A DNA stretch of 64,000 bases from an uncultured Bacillota bacterium (GCA_963804645.1 CAWDRG010000019.1:96001-160000), one strand, 5' to 3'; positions 47,638-58,479 are shown, numbered from the stretch's first letter. Made by a program: numbers and translations. The notes: generated from the sequence alone by a model not told the origin.

Positions 47638-50085
47638 ATGACTGAAGAGACGCAACACCCGACGCCGGAGCAGCCCGAACAGGCGCCGGCGGAGGCCCCG
47701 GCCGTGTTTCCCGACGTGATGCCGGTGCTGCCGCTGAAGGGCACGGTCGTGCTGCCCTCGATGGTGGTGCCCCTCGGGGTCGGACGCCCGAAGTCGCTGG
47801 CCGCACTGGAGGCCGCTCTGACCGGCGACCGCGTGCTGCTGCTCGTGGCACAGAAGAAGGATGACGAGGAAAACCCGGAGTCGTCCGGGCTGTACGAGAT
47901 CGGGACCGTCTGCCGCATCCTGCAGGTCGGGAAGCAGGCCGACGGGACGGTGCAGGTCGTGGTCGAGGGCGCCGTGCGCGGCGCGATTCTCGAATTCGTG
48001 CAGACCACGCCGTTTTTCCAGGTGCGCGTGGAGACCCGGCCGGATTCGACCGAGAAACCGCTGGAGATCGAAGCGCTGATGCGGGGCGTGACCTCGCAGT
48101 TTGAGCGGTACGCACGGCTGTCGCGGTCGATCCCGCCTGAGGCGTTCATGCTCGTGATGTCCACCGAGGAGCCGGGCCGCCTGGGAGACCTCGTCGCGCA
48201 GCATCTGCAGCTCCGGGTCGAAGAGCGCCAGCGCGCGCTCGCCGCGGCCCCGAAGGACCGGCTGGAGATGCTGAGCGGCATTTTGACCAAGGAGATCAAC
48301 ATCCTCGAGCTGGAGCGGAAGATCCACAACCGCGTGCGCAAGCAGATGGAGAAGAGCCAGCGCGAGTACTTCTTGAAGGAGCAGATGAAGGCGATTCAGC
48401 AGGAGCTCGGCGAGAAGGACGAGCGGACCGCGGAGACGGACGAGTACCGCAAGAAGATCGAGGACGCGGACCTGCCCGAGAAGGTCAAAGAGAAGGCGCT
48501 CGAAGAGCTGGGCCGTCTCGAGAAGATGCCGCCGATGGTCGCCGAGGCGGTCGTGGTGCGCACGTATCTGGATTGGATCCTGGCGCTCCCGTGGAGCATC
48601 CGGACCGAAGATCGGTTGGACACGAAAGAGGCCCGCAAGATCCTCGACCTGGATCACTACGGCCTCGAGAAGGCCAAGGACCGGGTGGTGGAGTACCTGG
48701 CCGTGCGCAAACTGGCGCCGGACTCCAAGGCGCCGATCCTGTGCTTCGTCGGACCGCCCGGGACCGGCAAGACGAGCCTCGGCAAGTCGATCGCGAAGGC
48801 GCTCGGACGCAAGTTCGTGCGCGTGTCGCTCGGCGGCGTGCGGGACGAGGCGGAGATTCGCGGCCACCGGCGGACGTACGTGGGCGCGCTTCCCGGCCGG
48901 ATCGTGCAGGGCATGCGGACGGCGGGGAGCCGCAACCCCGTGTTCATGCTCGATGAGATCGACAAGTTGGGCATGGATTTCCGGGGCGACCCGTCGGCGG
49001 CGCTCCTCGAGGCGCTCGATCCGGAACAGAATGAGGCGTTCAGCGACCACTACCTCGAGCTGCCGATCAATCTGCGCGAGGCGATGTTCATCACCACCGC
49101 CAACATCCTGGACACGGTGCCCCCGGCCCTGCGGGACCGGCTCGAGGTGATCCGGTTCTCCGGCTACATCGAGGAGGAGAAGCACCACATCGCGACCCAG
49201 TTCCTCATTCCGAAGCAGCTGAAGGAGAACGGCCTGCGGGCCGATCAGGTGACGTTTACCGAGGACGCCCTGCGGCTCGTCATCCGGCAGTACACCCGGG
49301 AGGCGGGCGTCCGGAATCTCGAGCGCGAGATCGGCACGATCTGCCGCAAGATCGCGCGCGAGGTGGCCGAGGGCGAGGCGACGGCCGTGAAAGTGACGAC
49401 GCAGAACGTGCACAAGTTCCTCGGGCCCACGAAGTTTCACTACGGGACCGCGGAGAAGGCGGATGAGATCGGGGCCTCGACCGGCCTCGTGTATACCGAG
49501 CAGGGCGGCGACATCATCACCGTCGAGGCGACGCTGCTTCGCGGCGACGGCAAGCTGTCGCTGACCGGGCAGCTGGGAGACGTCATGAAGGAATCCGCCC
49601 AGGCCGCGTTCAGCTACATACGTGCGCGGGCGCGGCGGCTCGGAGCCGACGAGATGTTCGCGTCGCGGTACGACGTGCACGTGCACGTGCCGGCCGGGGC
49701 GGTGCCGAAGGACGGGCCGTCCGCCGGCATCACGATGGCCACGGCGATCGCCTCCGCGCTGACGGGCCGGCCGGTGCACAGCGATATCGCGATGACGGGC
49801 GAGATCACGCTCCGCGGGAAGGTGCTGCCGATCGGCGGCGTCAAGGAGAAAGTCATCGCCGCGCACCGCGCCGGGATCAAGACCGTGATCATGCCGAAAG
49901 AGAATGAGAAGGACCTGCAAGAGATTCCCGGCAACGTCCGGAAGAAGTTGCGGTTCGTGTTCGTGGAAACGATGGATCAGGTCCTCGCCGAGGCGCTGGG
50001 CGAGGCGACGGGGCTGCCGCTCTTGACCCCGCCGACGGAACTGCCGCGGCCGCAGCATCGGCCGCAGCCGCCGATCCAGGCGTAG
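47638..50085 (+). CDS. lon: Lon protease
   Basis: GPPGTGKTS, GHRRTYVGA, PKDGPSAG, IGGVKEK. Confidence 0.98.
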   Translation: MTEETQHPTPEQPEQAPAEAPAVFPDVMPVLPLKGTVVLPSMVVPLGVGRPKSLAALEAALTGDRVLLLVAQKKDDEENPESSGLYEIGTVCRILQVGKQADGTVQVVVEGAVRGAILEFVQTTPFFQVRVETRPDSTEKPLEIEALMRGVTSQFERYARLSRSIPPEAFMLVMSTEEPGRLGDLVAQHLQLRVEERQRALAAAPKDRLEMLSGILTKEINILELERKIHNRVRKQMEKSQREYFLKEQMKAIQQELGEKDERTAETDEYRKKIEDADLPEKVKEKALEELGRLEKMPPMVAEAVVVRTYLDWILALPWSIRTEDRLDTKEARKILDLDHYGLEKAKDRVVEYLAVRKLAPDSKAPILCFVGPPGTGKTSLGKSIAKALGRKFVRVSLGGVRDEAEIRGHRRTYVGALPGRIVQGMRTAGSRNPVFMLDEIDKLGMDFRGDPSAALLEALDPEQNEAFSDHYLELPINLREAMFITTANILDTVPPALRDRLEVIRFSGYIEEEKHHIATQFLIPKQLKENGLRADQVTFTEDALRLVIRQYTREAGVRNLEREIGTICRKIAREVAEGEATAVKVTTQNVHKFLGPTKFHYGTAEKADEIGASTGLVYTEQGGDIITVEATLLRGDGKLSLTGQLGDVMKESAQAAFSYIRARARRLGADEMFASRYDVHVHVPAGAVPKDGPSAGITMATAIASALTGRPVHSDIAMTGEITLRGKVLPIGGVKEKVIAAHRAGIKTVIMPKENEKDLQEIPGNVRKKLRFVFVETMDQVLAEALGEATGLPLLTPPTELPRPQHRPQPPIQA

Positions 50086-50206
50086 CACGCACGGGTCTGC
50101 GGGAGTGATGGGCGGGCGGCCCCTCGGGCGGCCCGCCCGTTGCTTCTGGCGAGGTACATGACGATCGCGGTCGGCGCGCGGGCGGCCTGCGGTGGGAGGG
50201 CGATCG

Positions 50207-51184
50207 GTGGAGCCGGTCATTGACGTACAGGATCTTCGGAAGCGGTTCGGGACCGTGGAGGCCGTCGCCGGCGTGACCTTCGACGTCCAGCCGGGCGAGG
50301 TGTTCGGGTTTCTCGGCCCCAACGGGGCCGGCAAGACCACGACGATCAAGGTACTGGCGACGCTGCTCCGTCCGACGTCGGGACGGGTGACGCTTGCCGG
50401 GTATGACGTGGTGCGGCATCCCACCGAGGTGCGCCAGGCCATCGGGATCGTGTTTCAGGACCCGAGCCTGGACACCCGGCTCACGGCCGAGCTCAATCTG
50501 AGATTTCACGCGATGCTCTACGGCGTACCGTCGGGCGTCGCCGAGCGTCGGATCGACGCGGTGCTGGCGATGGTGGAGCTCGGCGATCGCCGGCGAGCTC
50601 GGGTCAGCACGTTCTCGGGCGGCATGAAGCGGCGCCTCGAGATCGCCCGCGGCCTCCTGCACGCGCCGCGCGTCCTGTTCCTGGACGAGCCGACCGTCGG
50701 CCTGGACCTGCAGACGCGGAAGCGGATCTGGGAGTACGTGCTCGAGCTGCGCCGCCGCGAAGGGGTGACGGTGTTCATGACGACCCACTACATCGAAGAG
50801 TCGGAGCACTGCGACCGCATCGCGATCATCGATCAGGGGCAGATCATCGCCGTTGACACGCCCGACGCGCTGAAGCGGGAGGTGGGCGGGGACGTGATCA
50901 CGATCGGGTCGCCGAACCCGGGCGCGCTGGTGCGGGAGATCCAGGCGCGCTTCGGCGGAGATCCCCGGGTGACCGACGGCCACGTCGTGCTGGAACGCGC
51001 CGGCGGCGCCGAGTTCGTGCCGCGGGTGGCCGAGGCGTTTCCCGGCCTCGTCGCGTCCGTCGCGGTGACGCGCCCGACGCTGGACGACGTCTTCTTGAAG
51101 CTCACCGGCCGCGCGATCCGCCCCGAGTCGGCGTCCGCGGCCGACCAGTTGCGCGCCTCGGCGCGCGTCTGGGGGCGGCGGTAG
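50207..51184 (+). CDS. ABC exporter ATP-binding protein (DrrA-like)
   Basis: GPNGAGKTT, FSGGMKRR, LDEPT. Confidence 0.92.
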   Translation: MEPVIDVQDLRKRFGTVEAVAGVTFDVQPGEVFGFLGPNGAGKTTTIKVLATLLRPTSGRVTLAGYDVVRHPTEVRQAIGIVFQDPSLDTRLTAELNLRFHAMLYGVPSGVAERRIDAVLAMVELGDRRRARVSTFSGGMKRRLEIARGLLHAPRVLFLDEPTVGLDLQTRKRIWEYVLELRRREGVTVFMTTHYIEESEHCDRIAIIDQGQIIAVDTPDALKREVGGDVITIGSPNPGALVREIQARFGGDPRVTDGHVVLERAGGAEFVPRVAEAFPGLVASVAVTRPTLDDVFLKLTGRAIRPESASAADQLRASARVWGRR

Positions 51185-52011
51185 TGGCGGCGCCGTCGGC
51201 GGTGTCCGTGCCCGCCGCGGGCACGCTCGGGCGCGAGGCCCGCGCGGTCTACGCGATCTGGCTCCGCGAGCTGACGCGGTTCGTGACCGAGCCGGCGCGC
51301 ATCGTCGGGGCCCTCGGGCAGCCGGTGATCTACTTGGTCATCATGGGCACCGGATTTGGAGCGACGTTTCGGTCCGCCGCAGTGCCGTCGGGCTTTCAGT
51401 ATCTCGTCTTCATGTTTCCGGGGATTCTCGGGATGACGGTGCTGTTCACGGCCCTGTTCTCGGCGATCTCGATCATCTGGGACCGGGAGTTTGGTTTTCT
51501 CAAAGAAATCCTCGTCGCGCCGGTGGCACGGAGTAGTATCGTGCTCGGCAAGGTCGTCGGCGGCGCGACGGTCGCCACGCTCCAAGGTCTGATCCTGCTG
51601 CTGCTCGCGCCGTTTGTGGGGGTGCACCTCGGGGCGGTCGCCGTGGTGAAAGTCTGCGTGGTGCTGATCCTGGTCGCGTCGGCATTGACGAGCCTCGGCC
51701 TGGCGATTGCGTCACGCATGGCGACGATGGAAGGGTTTCAGGTCATCATGAACTTTCTCGTGGTGCCGATGTGGCTGCTCTCCGGTGCGTTCTTCCCATT
51801 GCGGGGCCTGCCCGTGTGGATGAGCGTGCTGGTCCGGGTAGACCCGCTCACCTACGCTGTCGACGCGCTCCGCGGCGTCGTCTACGGTGGGTCACCGCTT
51901 GCGGCCGCGCTCGTGCTCCATCCGTTTCACGTGGATCTCGTCGTGGTCGTGGCGGTGCTCGTGGCCATGTTCGCGCTGGCGCTCGCGACGTTTCGGTCGC
52001 GCGAAGACTGA
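51184..52011 (+). CDS. ABC-2 type permease
   Basis: IIWDREFGFLKEILVAP, LSGAFFP, DPLTYAVD. Confidence 0.92.
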   Translation: MAAPSAVSVPAAGTLGREARAVYAIWLRELTRFVTEPARIVGALGQPVIYLVIMGTGFGATFRSAAVPSGFQYLVFMFPGILGMTVLFTALFSAISIIWDREFGFLKEILVAPVARSSIVLGKVVGGATVATLQGLILLLLAPFVGVHLGAVAVVKVCVVLILVASALTSLGLAIASRMATMEGFQVIMNFLVVPMWLLSGAFFPLRGLPVWMSVLVRVDPLTYAVDALRGVVYGGSPLAAALVLHPFHVDLVVVVAVLVAMFALALATFRSRED

Positions 52012-52142
52012 TCCTCGGCACTGGAGACCGTCCAGGGAATTCGCGTCATCGACGAATCGCCGTCCGCCGGACGGTCGTCGGCATTCGTATTACTAATGTA
52101 ACCCAACGAAACACGTAGGGGGACGCGTGTGATGGCTGCATT

Positions 52143-52361
52143 GTGAACGTGCGGGTCGATGACGCCGTGAAGCGGCAGATTGACGCGCGAGCCAAGGGGC
52201 AGCACCGGACCGCGAGTGATCAGGCGCGGCGCTGTCTGGAATTGGCGATGCTCGCCGAGGACAACCCTGATCTCCCCTTTGGTTTGATCTCCAAGATCGT
52301 CGAGGGATTGGCCGAGTCCGAGGCGAGGCTCGTCGAACCGCTCGATTCGCGGACCGAGTGA
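52143..52361 (+). CDS. ParD-like type II antitoxin
   Basis: RHH-like N-terminus, HRT, AEDNPDLPF motif. Confidence 0.7.
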   Translation: MNVRVDDAVKRQIDARAKGQHRTASDQARRCLELAMLAEDNPDLPFGLISKIVEGLAESEARLVEPLDSRTE

Positions 52362-52846
52362 CACCGTCGAAAGAGGCGCCGCCGGAAGCGTGGATCGGTG
52401 AGCAGCTCACGCGCGATGGGCGTGATCGTAAATCGCTGAGTCCGGCGGTTCTGCGCGCGCTCAACAAAGTGCAAGCGCAGATCCTCCAGAACCCGACACT
52501 GGAAGACCGGAAGCGCGGTCGGCTCCGGGCCGTGTACGTTGAGAAGTTCACGGCGCAGCACGACCAGCGGCTGGGCGCGTACGTCCTCATTGAGAAGACT
52601 CGCACCGTGCGATTTCTCGCAGTGGGGCAGCACGAGAATTTCTACCGAGACCTGTCGAGATACGTCGGGGTCCAGCCGGGCGTGGTGAGAGAGTCCGCCA
52701 AGAGTTCGTGGGCGCGCACCGGGCGCGGCCGTCGAGGCTCCCAGGAGCGGAGAGTAAGTCGCCGCTCCCCGGCGAGCGCTCGCTTGCGCAGCCGCGCGCG
52801 TCCAGCGTATAATACGCGGCAGATACGCGACGACGGGGAAGAGTAG
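52358..52846 (+). CDS. RelE/ParE-like toxin with C-terminal extension
   Basis: NPTLEDRKRGRL..VYVEKF, LAVGQHENFYRDL; GTGA overlap with the antitoxin. Confidence 0.7.
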   Translation: MTPSKEAPPEAWIGEQLTRDGRDRKSLSPAVLRALNKVQAQILQNPTLEDRKRGRLRAVYVEKFTAQHDQRLGAYVLIEKTRTVRFLAVGQHENFYRDLSRYVGVQPGVVRESAKSSWARTGRGRRGSQERRVSRRSPASARLRSRARPAYNTRQIRDDGEE

Positions 52847-53078
52847 GCCCGGGACGCCGGAAGGCGTCACGCCGGCAGCGAGGGGAGGACGGTGGAAGCT
52901 CCCCGGGCGTCGGGCTGAACGTCGCCCCCGAGCGTCGGGTCGCGGCGCCAGTGCCGTGGACCCGCGGGCGCGCCCGTGACAGCGCGTACGAGCCGGCGGC
53001 TTCCCTCCGGGGGGCGCCGGGAACGAAGGTGGTACCGCGGAGCGCCGCTCCGCCCTTTGGGCGGGCGGCGTTGTTGCT
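52820..53078 (+). promoter_or_regulatory. Val T-box riboswitch leader
   Basis: AGTA and GCTG motifs, specifier GTC (52921-52923), T-box AAGGTGGTACCGCGG (53026-53040), overlapping terminator hairpin; upstream TTGCGC-N18-TATAAT. Confidence 0.92.
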
Positions 53079-53097
53079 TCAGGAAGGAGGCGAGGCT

Positions 53098-55809
53098 GTG
53101 GACGCACGGCCGAAGACAGTGGATGCACTGCCGAAGACCTATGATCCGGCCGCGACCGAGGCGCGCTGGTACGCGGAGTGGATGGCCCGGGGATACTTCC
53201 ACGCCGTGCCCGACCCGACCCGGCGCCCGTACACGATCATGATGCCGCTCCCCAACGTGACGGGCGAGCTCCACATGGGCCATGCGCTCAACGACGGGCT
53301 GCAGGACTGCCTGACGCGGTGGAGCCGGATGCGCGGGTACGACGCGCTGTGGCAGCCCGGGACCGATCACGCCGGCATTGCGGTGCACGTGATCATGGAC
53401 CGGCGCCTTGCGAAGCACGGGCAGACGCGCTTCGACCTCGGGCGCGAGCGGTTTCTCGAGGAGACGTGGAAGTGGAAGGAAGAGACCGGCATCAAGATCT
53501 TCGACCAGATGCGGCGCCTCGAGTTCTCGTGCGATTGGGACCGGGCCGTGTTTACGATGGACCCTCAGTACTACGCCGCGGTGCAGGAGTGCTTCATCCG
53601 CCTCTACCAAAAGGGCCTGATCTATAAGGGCAAGCGGATGATCAACTGGTGCGTCAAGGACCAGACCAGCGTGTCCGACCTCGAGGTCGAGTCCGTGACG
53701 GAAGAGAGCACGCTCGTCTACCTCCGGTACCGCGGGGCCGACGGCGGCCCCGGGGTCGTGATCGCGACCCAACGGCCCGAGACGATCCTCGCCGACGTCG
53801 CGGTCGCGGTGCACCCCGAGGACGCGCGGTACCGCGCGCTCGTCGGGACCGACGTGCTGGTGCCGCTCGTCAACCGCCCCGTGCCGGTTATCGCCGACCG
53901 GCGCGTCGAGCGCGGGTTTGGGACCGGCGCGCTGAAGATCACGCCCGGCCACGACCCGCTCGACCACGAGATCGGCGCCGATCACGGGCTGCCGCTGCTC
54001 GTCGGGCTGGACCCGCACGGGCGGATCACCGACCTTGGCGGGCCGCGGTACGAGGGTCTGGATCGGTTCGAGTGCCGGCGCGTCATCATGGACGACCTGC
54101 GGGCGGCCGGGGCGGTGGAGCGCGAGGAGCCGTACACGACCAACATCGGCCGGTGCGACCGGTGCAAGACGATCATCGAGCCGTACGTGTCCGATCAGTG
54201 GTTTTGCCGGATGAAGGAACTGGCCGCGCCGGCGATCGACGCGGTGCACGACGGACGTGTGACGTTTCACCCAGAGCGCTGGACGAAAGTGTACATGGAC
54301 TGGATGGAGAACATTCGCGACTGGAATATCAGCCGGCAGTTGTGGTGGGGCCACCGGATCCCGATCTGGTACTGCCCGTGCGGGGAGCGGGTGGCGAGCG
54401 TGGAGGCGCCCGCCGCCTGTCCGGCGTGCGGCGAACGGACGCTGACCCAGGATCCGGACGTCTTGGACACGTGGTTCAGCTCCGCGCTGTGGCCGATGGC
54501 GACCCTCGGCTGGCCGGCGGACACTGAGGACCTGCGGTATTTCTACCCCACGAGCACCTTGGTGACCGCCCGCGACATCATCTTCCTGTGGGTGGCGCGC
54601 ATGATCATGTTCGGGTTGGAGTTCCGCGGTCACGTGCCGTTCCGCGACGTATACATCAACCCGACCGTGCTGAACATCGAGGGCAAGCGGATGAGCAAGA
54701 GCCTCGGTACGGGGATCGACCCGCTTGAGCTGGTCGACCGGTACGGGGCCGACTCGCTGCGGTTCGCGCTCATCAACCGCTGCACCGGGGAGCAGGACCT
54801 CCGGTTTTCCGAGAAGATGGTTGAGGACACCCGCAACTTCGCCAACAAGATCTGGAACGCGGCGCGGTTTGTGCGGCTGTCGCTCGGCGAGGCCGCCCCG
54901 CGGGAGGGGGACCCGGGCTGGACCAGCGCCGCGGAGGCGCGGAGGCTCACGCTGCCGGATCGCTGGATTCTGAGCCGGTACGCCGCCGCGGCGGCGCTCG
55001 TCACCGCATCGCTCGAGGGGTTCGAGTTTCGCGATGCGTGCGCGGCGCTCTACGGCTTCACGTGGAGCGAGTTCTGCGACTGGTACGTGGAGATGGCGAA
55101 GGAAAACCTGCGGGCCGGCGGCGACGCCGCCCAGGGTACCCGGCGCGTCCTCGCCTGGGTGCTGTCCCAGATGATGATCCTGCTGCACCCGATCATGCCG
55201 GCGCTGACCGAGGAGATCTGGCAGGCCCTGCCCCACTCGGGCGAGACGATCATGCGGGCGCCGTGGCCGGTGCCGGAGGGGGCGGAGGCGCGGGAGGCCT
55301 GGCTCGCGGGCCGCCTGGATGCCGAGGCCGACGAGGCGATGGCCGAGGTGATGGGGCTCGTGCACGCGGTCCGCGGCATGCGGGCCGAACTCGGCCTGAC
55401 GCCGACAGAGCCGGTGCCGCTCGTCCTGGCGTGCCCCGAAGACCGCCGCGGCCGGGTCGAGGCGGCGCGCCGGTACATCGCGCCGCTCGTGCGCGCGTCC
55501 GAGCTGCGTGTCACCCCGCTTGGCGACGCCGCGGCGCGGCCGGCGGGGGCGGTGTCCGCCGTGTGGGGCCCGGTCGAGATCGTGCTGCCCGTCGGATCGC
55601 CCGAGGCGCGTGCGGCCGTCGGCCAGCGGCTGCGCAAGCAGCTGGCGAGCGTTGAGCGGGATCTCGAGCGGCTGGAGGCGCGGCTCAGCAGCGCCGCGTT
55701 CCTCGACAAAGCGCCGGCGGACGTCGTGGACGCCGATCGGACGCGCGTGGGGGATCTGACGGCGCGGCGCCACCTCCTGGCGCGGTACTTGGAGAGCCTC
55801 GGTGCGTAG
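53098..55809 (+). CDS. valS: Valine--tRNA ligase
   Basis: PNVTGELHMGH, DWNISRQLWWGH, DVLDTWFSS, RMSKS, C-terminal coiled coil. Confidence 0.97.
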   Translation: MDARPKTVDALPKTYDPAATEARWYAEWMARGYFHAVPDPTRRPYTIMMPLPNVTGELHMGHALNDGLQDCLTRWSRMRGYDALWQPGTDHAGIAVHVIMDRRLAKHGQTRFDLGRERFLEETWKWKEETGIKIFDQMRRLEFSCDWDRAVFTMDPQYYAAVQECFIRLYQKGLIYKGKRMINWCVKDQTSVSDLEVESVTEESTLVYLRYRGADGGPGVVIATQRPETILADVAVAVHPEDARYRALVGTDVLVPLVNRPVPVIADRRVERGFGTGALKITPGHDPLDHEIGADHGLPLLVGLDPHGRITDLGGPRYEGLDRFECRRVIMDDLRAAGAVEREEPYTTNIGRCDRCKTIIEPYVSDQWFCRMKELAAPAIDAVHDGRVTFHPERWTKVYMDWMENIRDWNISRQLWWGHRIPIWYCPCGERVASVEAPAACPACGERTLTQDPDVLDTWFSSALWPMATLGWPADTEDLRYFYPTSTLVTARDIIFLWVARMIMFGLEFRGHVPFRDVYINPTVLNIEGKRMSKSLGTGIDPLELVDRYGADSLRFALINRCTGEQDLRFSEKMVEDTRNFANKIWNAARFVRLSLGEAAPREGDPGWTSAAEARRLTLPDRWILSRYAAAAALVTASLEGFEFRDACAALYGFTWSEFCDWYVEMAKENLRAGGDAAQGTRRVLAWVLSQMMILLHPIMPALTEEIWQALPHSGETIMRAPWPVPEGAEAREAWLAGRLDAEADEAMAEVMGLVHAVRGMRAELGLTPTEPVPLVLACPEDRRGRVEAARRYIAPLVRASELRVTPLGDAAARPAGAVSAVWGPVEIVLPVGSPEARAAVGQRLRKQLASVERDLERLEARLSSAAFLDKAPADVVDADRTRVGDLTARRHLLARYLESLGA

Positions 55810-55848
55810 CCCGGCGTTGGGGAGGCGGATCCGGTGAGCGGACCGCTC

Positions 55849-56865
55849 ATGTCCGACCTCGCGGCGCCTCCCAGCGCGCCGGCCGGTGCGGCGCGCTGGA
55901 TCGGGTATCTCCTGATCGTGTTCGGCGTCGCGATCCTGGTGATCTTTACCCGGACCGTCGATCCCGCGCGGCTCGGCCGTGCGCTGCAGGGCGCCCGGCC
56001 GGATCTGCTCAGCCTCGCGGTCGTGGCGATCGCGGTGCAGATCGTGGCGAAGGCAGTGCGCTGGCGGTACATGGTCGCCCGCTTGTCGGGGACGGTCATC
56101 TCCATGCGGTTCTCGACGCTCTCGATCCTCGCGGGCGTCGCGGCGGGCAGCGTCACCCCGGCGCGCAGCTTTGAGGTCGCCAAGGTGATGATGCTCAAGG
56201 GGTCGTACGGGACCGGGCTCGGGTTGTCGACGTCCGCCATGATCGTCGAGCGGCTGCTCGACGTCGTCTTCCTCGTGGGCGCGTTCCTCGTCGCCGGGAC
56301 CCTGCTCCCGCGGGGCGTGCTCCTGACGAGCGGCGCCCTGGTCGTCCTGATCGTGGCGCTGATCCTGGGGGCGGCCCTGCTCGCGGCCGCGCCCCTCCGC
56401 GTGCGGGCCTGGGCCCGCGCCGTGCTGCGCTGGCTGCCGGCGCCGGCGGGCGCGCGGGAGCGGGCGGTGCGCCTGGCCGACACGCTGTGCGAGAGCATTC
56501 TGGTGTGGCGCCAGGCGCGGACGCTCGGGATGCTCACACTGATGACGGTCGTGATCACGGCGCTCGATCTGACGCGGGTGTGCATCGTGTTCTGGGCGAT
56601 GGGGACCGGGCTGTCGCCGGTGCTCGTGGCGTTCACGTACGCGGGCGGCGCGATCCTGGGCATGGCGCTCTTGGTACCCGGCGGCATCGGCGTGACCGAG
56701 GTATCGCAGCTTGGCCTCATCACGCTGCTCGGCCCGCGGGCGCTCCCGACCGCGCTCGCGGGCGCCGCGGTGCTGCTCGACCGTTCGCTATCGTATTACC
56801 TGCCGACGCTGATCGGGGCCGCGGTCTTGATTGCGTACCATCGCTATCGGCACGCGTTCCGGTGA
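55849..56865 (+). CDS. Lysylphosphatidylglycerol synthase TM / flippase-like (UPF0104) protein
   Basis: KAVRWR, VERLLD, PGGIGVTE, many TM helices. Confidence 0.85.
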   Translation: MSDLAAPPSAPAGAARWIGYLLIVFGVAILVIFTRTVDPARLGRALQGARPDLLSLAVVAIAVQIVAKAVRWRYMVARLSGTVISMRFSTLSILAGVAAGSVTPARSFEVAKVMMLKGSYGTGLGLSTSAMIVERLLDVVFLVGAFLVAGTLLPRGVLLTSGALVVLIVALILGAALLAAAPLRVRAWARAVLRWLPAPAGARERAVRLADTLCESILVWRQARTLGMLTLMTVVITALDLTRVCIVFWAMGTGLSPVLVAFTYAGGAILGMALLVPGGIGVTEVSQLGLITLLGPRALPTALAGAAVLLDRSLSYYLPTLIGAAVLIAYHRYRHAFR

Positions 56866-56949
56866 CGGGCGCCGCCCGCGCGGCCGGCGGGCCCAGAGCA
56901 GGAGCCGTGCCGCCGGCGCCGCGAACCTGAAGGGCGTGGAGCGGGCGCG

Positions 56950-57675
56950 ATGAGAGCGGGGCGGATCCTGCTGGCGGGGCTCATCCTGATCGGCCTATTT
57001 GCTGCGGCCGTGGGCGCGGGGTACCTGCTGGGGCAGACGGCGTTCCGCTTGTCGGAGCCGACCGTGCGGCCGCCCGAAGCGCCGCCGAGCCGCTCGGCGG
57101 TCTCCCCGTCGATTCCCTCAGCATCGATCAGCGCGTCGCAGGGCGGTCCCGTCGGTGCGAATCCGTCGGGAGGGGTGCCGCCGGTGTTTCTCACCGGGAG
57201 CGCCCCGACACCACCGGCGCCCGTGCCCGCGCCGGCGGCGTCGGCGCAGTCGGGGTCCGCCCCCCCTGCACCCGCCGGCAACGCGGTGAGCGGCACCTCG
57301 CCGTCGCGCCCGGTACCGCCGCCCGCGGCGCCTGCGGCTCCGACCCCGCCCCCGGCCCCAGCGGTTCCGACCCCGCCCCCGGCGCCGACGTCCGCATCAG
57401 CGCCGCTGCCGTCGCCCGGCAGCTCGGTGAGCGGCACCTCGACGCCGTCCGTCCCGACGGTTCCGACCCGATTCCACGTGCAGGTCGGCGTGTTCGCGTT
57501 GGAGCAAAATGCGGAGGCGCTGGCACTGCGCGTGCGCGCGCGCGGCTACGCGGTCACGGTGACCAGCGGTCCGCCCTTCCACGTCCGCGTCGGCGGGTAC
57601 GTGGATCGGACGACAGCCGAGCAGCTCGCGCAAGACCTGCGCAAGGCCGGGTTCGAATCGTTTCTGACCCCGTAA
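56950..57675 (+). CDS. SPOR domain protein
   Basis: TM, Pro-rich linker, FHVQVGVF...NA...FHVRVGGY. Confidence 0.88.
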   Translation: MRAGRILLAGLILIGLFAAAVGAGYLLGQTAFRLSEPTVRPPEAPPSRSAVSPSIPSASISASQGGPVGANPSGGVPPVFLTGSAPTPPAPVPAPAASAQSGSAPPAPAGNAVSGTSPSRPVPPPAAPAAPTPPPAPAVPTPPPAPTSASAPLPSPGSSVSGTSTPSVPTVPTRFHVQVGVFALEQNAEALALRVRARGYAVTVTSGPPFHVRVGGYVDRTTAEQLAQDLRKAGFESFLTP

Positions 57676-57705
57676 GCGGGGTGATCTCGTGGAAGGGAGC
57701 TGCTG

Positions 57706-58479
57706 ATGGCGTATGAGCATCTGCTCGTGACGATCGAAGAGCCGATCGCGGTGGTCACGCTGAACCGCCCGAAGGTGCTGAACGCGTTGAGTCAAGCCGT
57801 GATGGGGGAGCTGGCCACGGCGCTGGAGGCGTGCGACGGCGATCCCCGCGTGCGGTGCGCGGTACTGTGGGGAGGCCCGCGGGTCTTCGCCGCCGGCGCT
57901 GATATCCGCGAATTTGCGGAGCAGTCTCCGGGCGATATGATCCGCAGCTACCGATTCCTCGAGTGGGAGCGAATCCGCCGCGTCGCGACGCCGGTCATCG
58001 CCGCGGTCTCCGGGTACGCGCTCGGCGGCGGCTGCGAACTGGCGATGGCGTGCGACATCATCATCGCGGCGGAGACCGCGCAGTTCGGGCAGCCCGAGAT
58101 TCAGCTCGGCGTGATGCCCGGTGCCGGGGGCACGCAGCGCCTGACCCGCGCGATCGGGAAGTCCCGCGCCATGGAGATGATTCTCACCGGCCGGTCGATC
58201 TCCGCGCAGGAGGCGCTGGCGGCGGGGTTGGTGGCGCGCGTGGTGCCGGTCGAGCTCTGTCTCGACGAGGCGAAGGCGCTCGCGCGGGAGATCGCGTCCA
58301 GGGCTCCGCTCGCGGTGCGCGCGGCCAAGGAGGCGGTCCTGCAGGCGTTTGAGATTCCGCTCGCCGACGGCGTCCTGTTCGAACGGCGGTGCTTCCACAT
58401 GCTTTTCGGGACCGCGGATGCGGCCGAGGGCATCCACGCGTTCGTGGAGAAGCGGCCCGCGAAGTGGACCGGGCGGTGA
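57706..58479 (+). CDS. paaF: Enoyl-CoA hydratase (PaaF-like)
   Basis: LNRPKVLNAL, FAAGADI, ALGGGCELA, FGQPEI, PGAGGTQRL; paa gene context. Confidence 0.8.
   Translation: MAYEHLLVTIEEPIAVVTLNRPKVLNALSQAVMGELATALEACDGDPRVRCAVLWGGPRVFAAGADIREFAEQSPGDMIRSYRFLEWERIRRVATPVIAAVSGYALGGGCELAMACDIIIAAETAQFGQPEIQLGVMPGAGGTQRLTRAIGKSRAMEMILTGRSISAQEALAAGLVARVVPVELCLDEAKALAREIASRAPLAVRAAKEAVLQAFEIPLADGVLFERRCFHMLFGTADAAEGIHAFVEKRPAKWTGR

Noticed and set aside
54688..54702. ValS RMSKS in place of KMSKS
   Set aside because: Conservative change with the second Lys retained; no sign of altered function.
57180..57470. Short tandem-like repeats in the SPOR gene
   Set aside because: Ordinary Pro/Ala-rich linker coding sequence.
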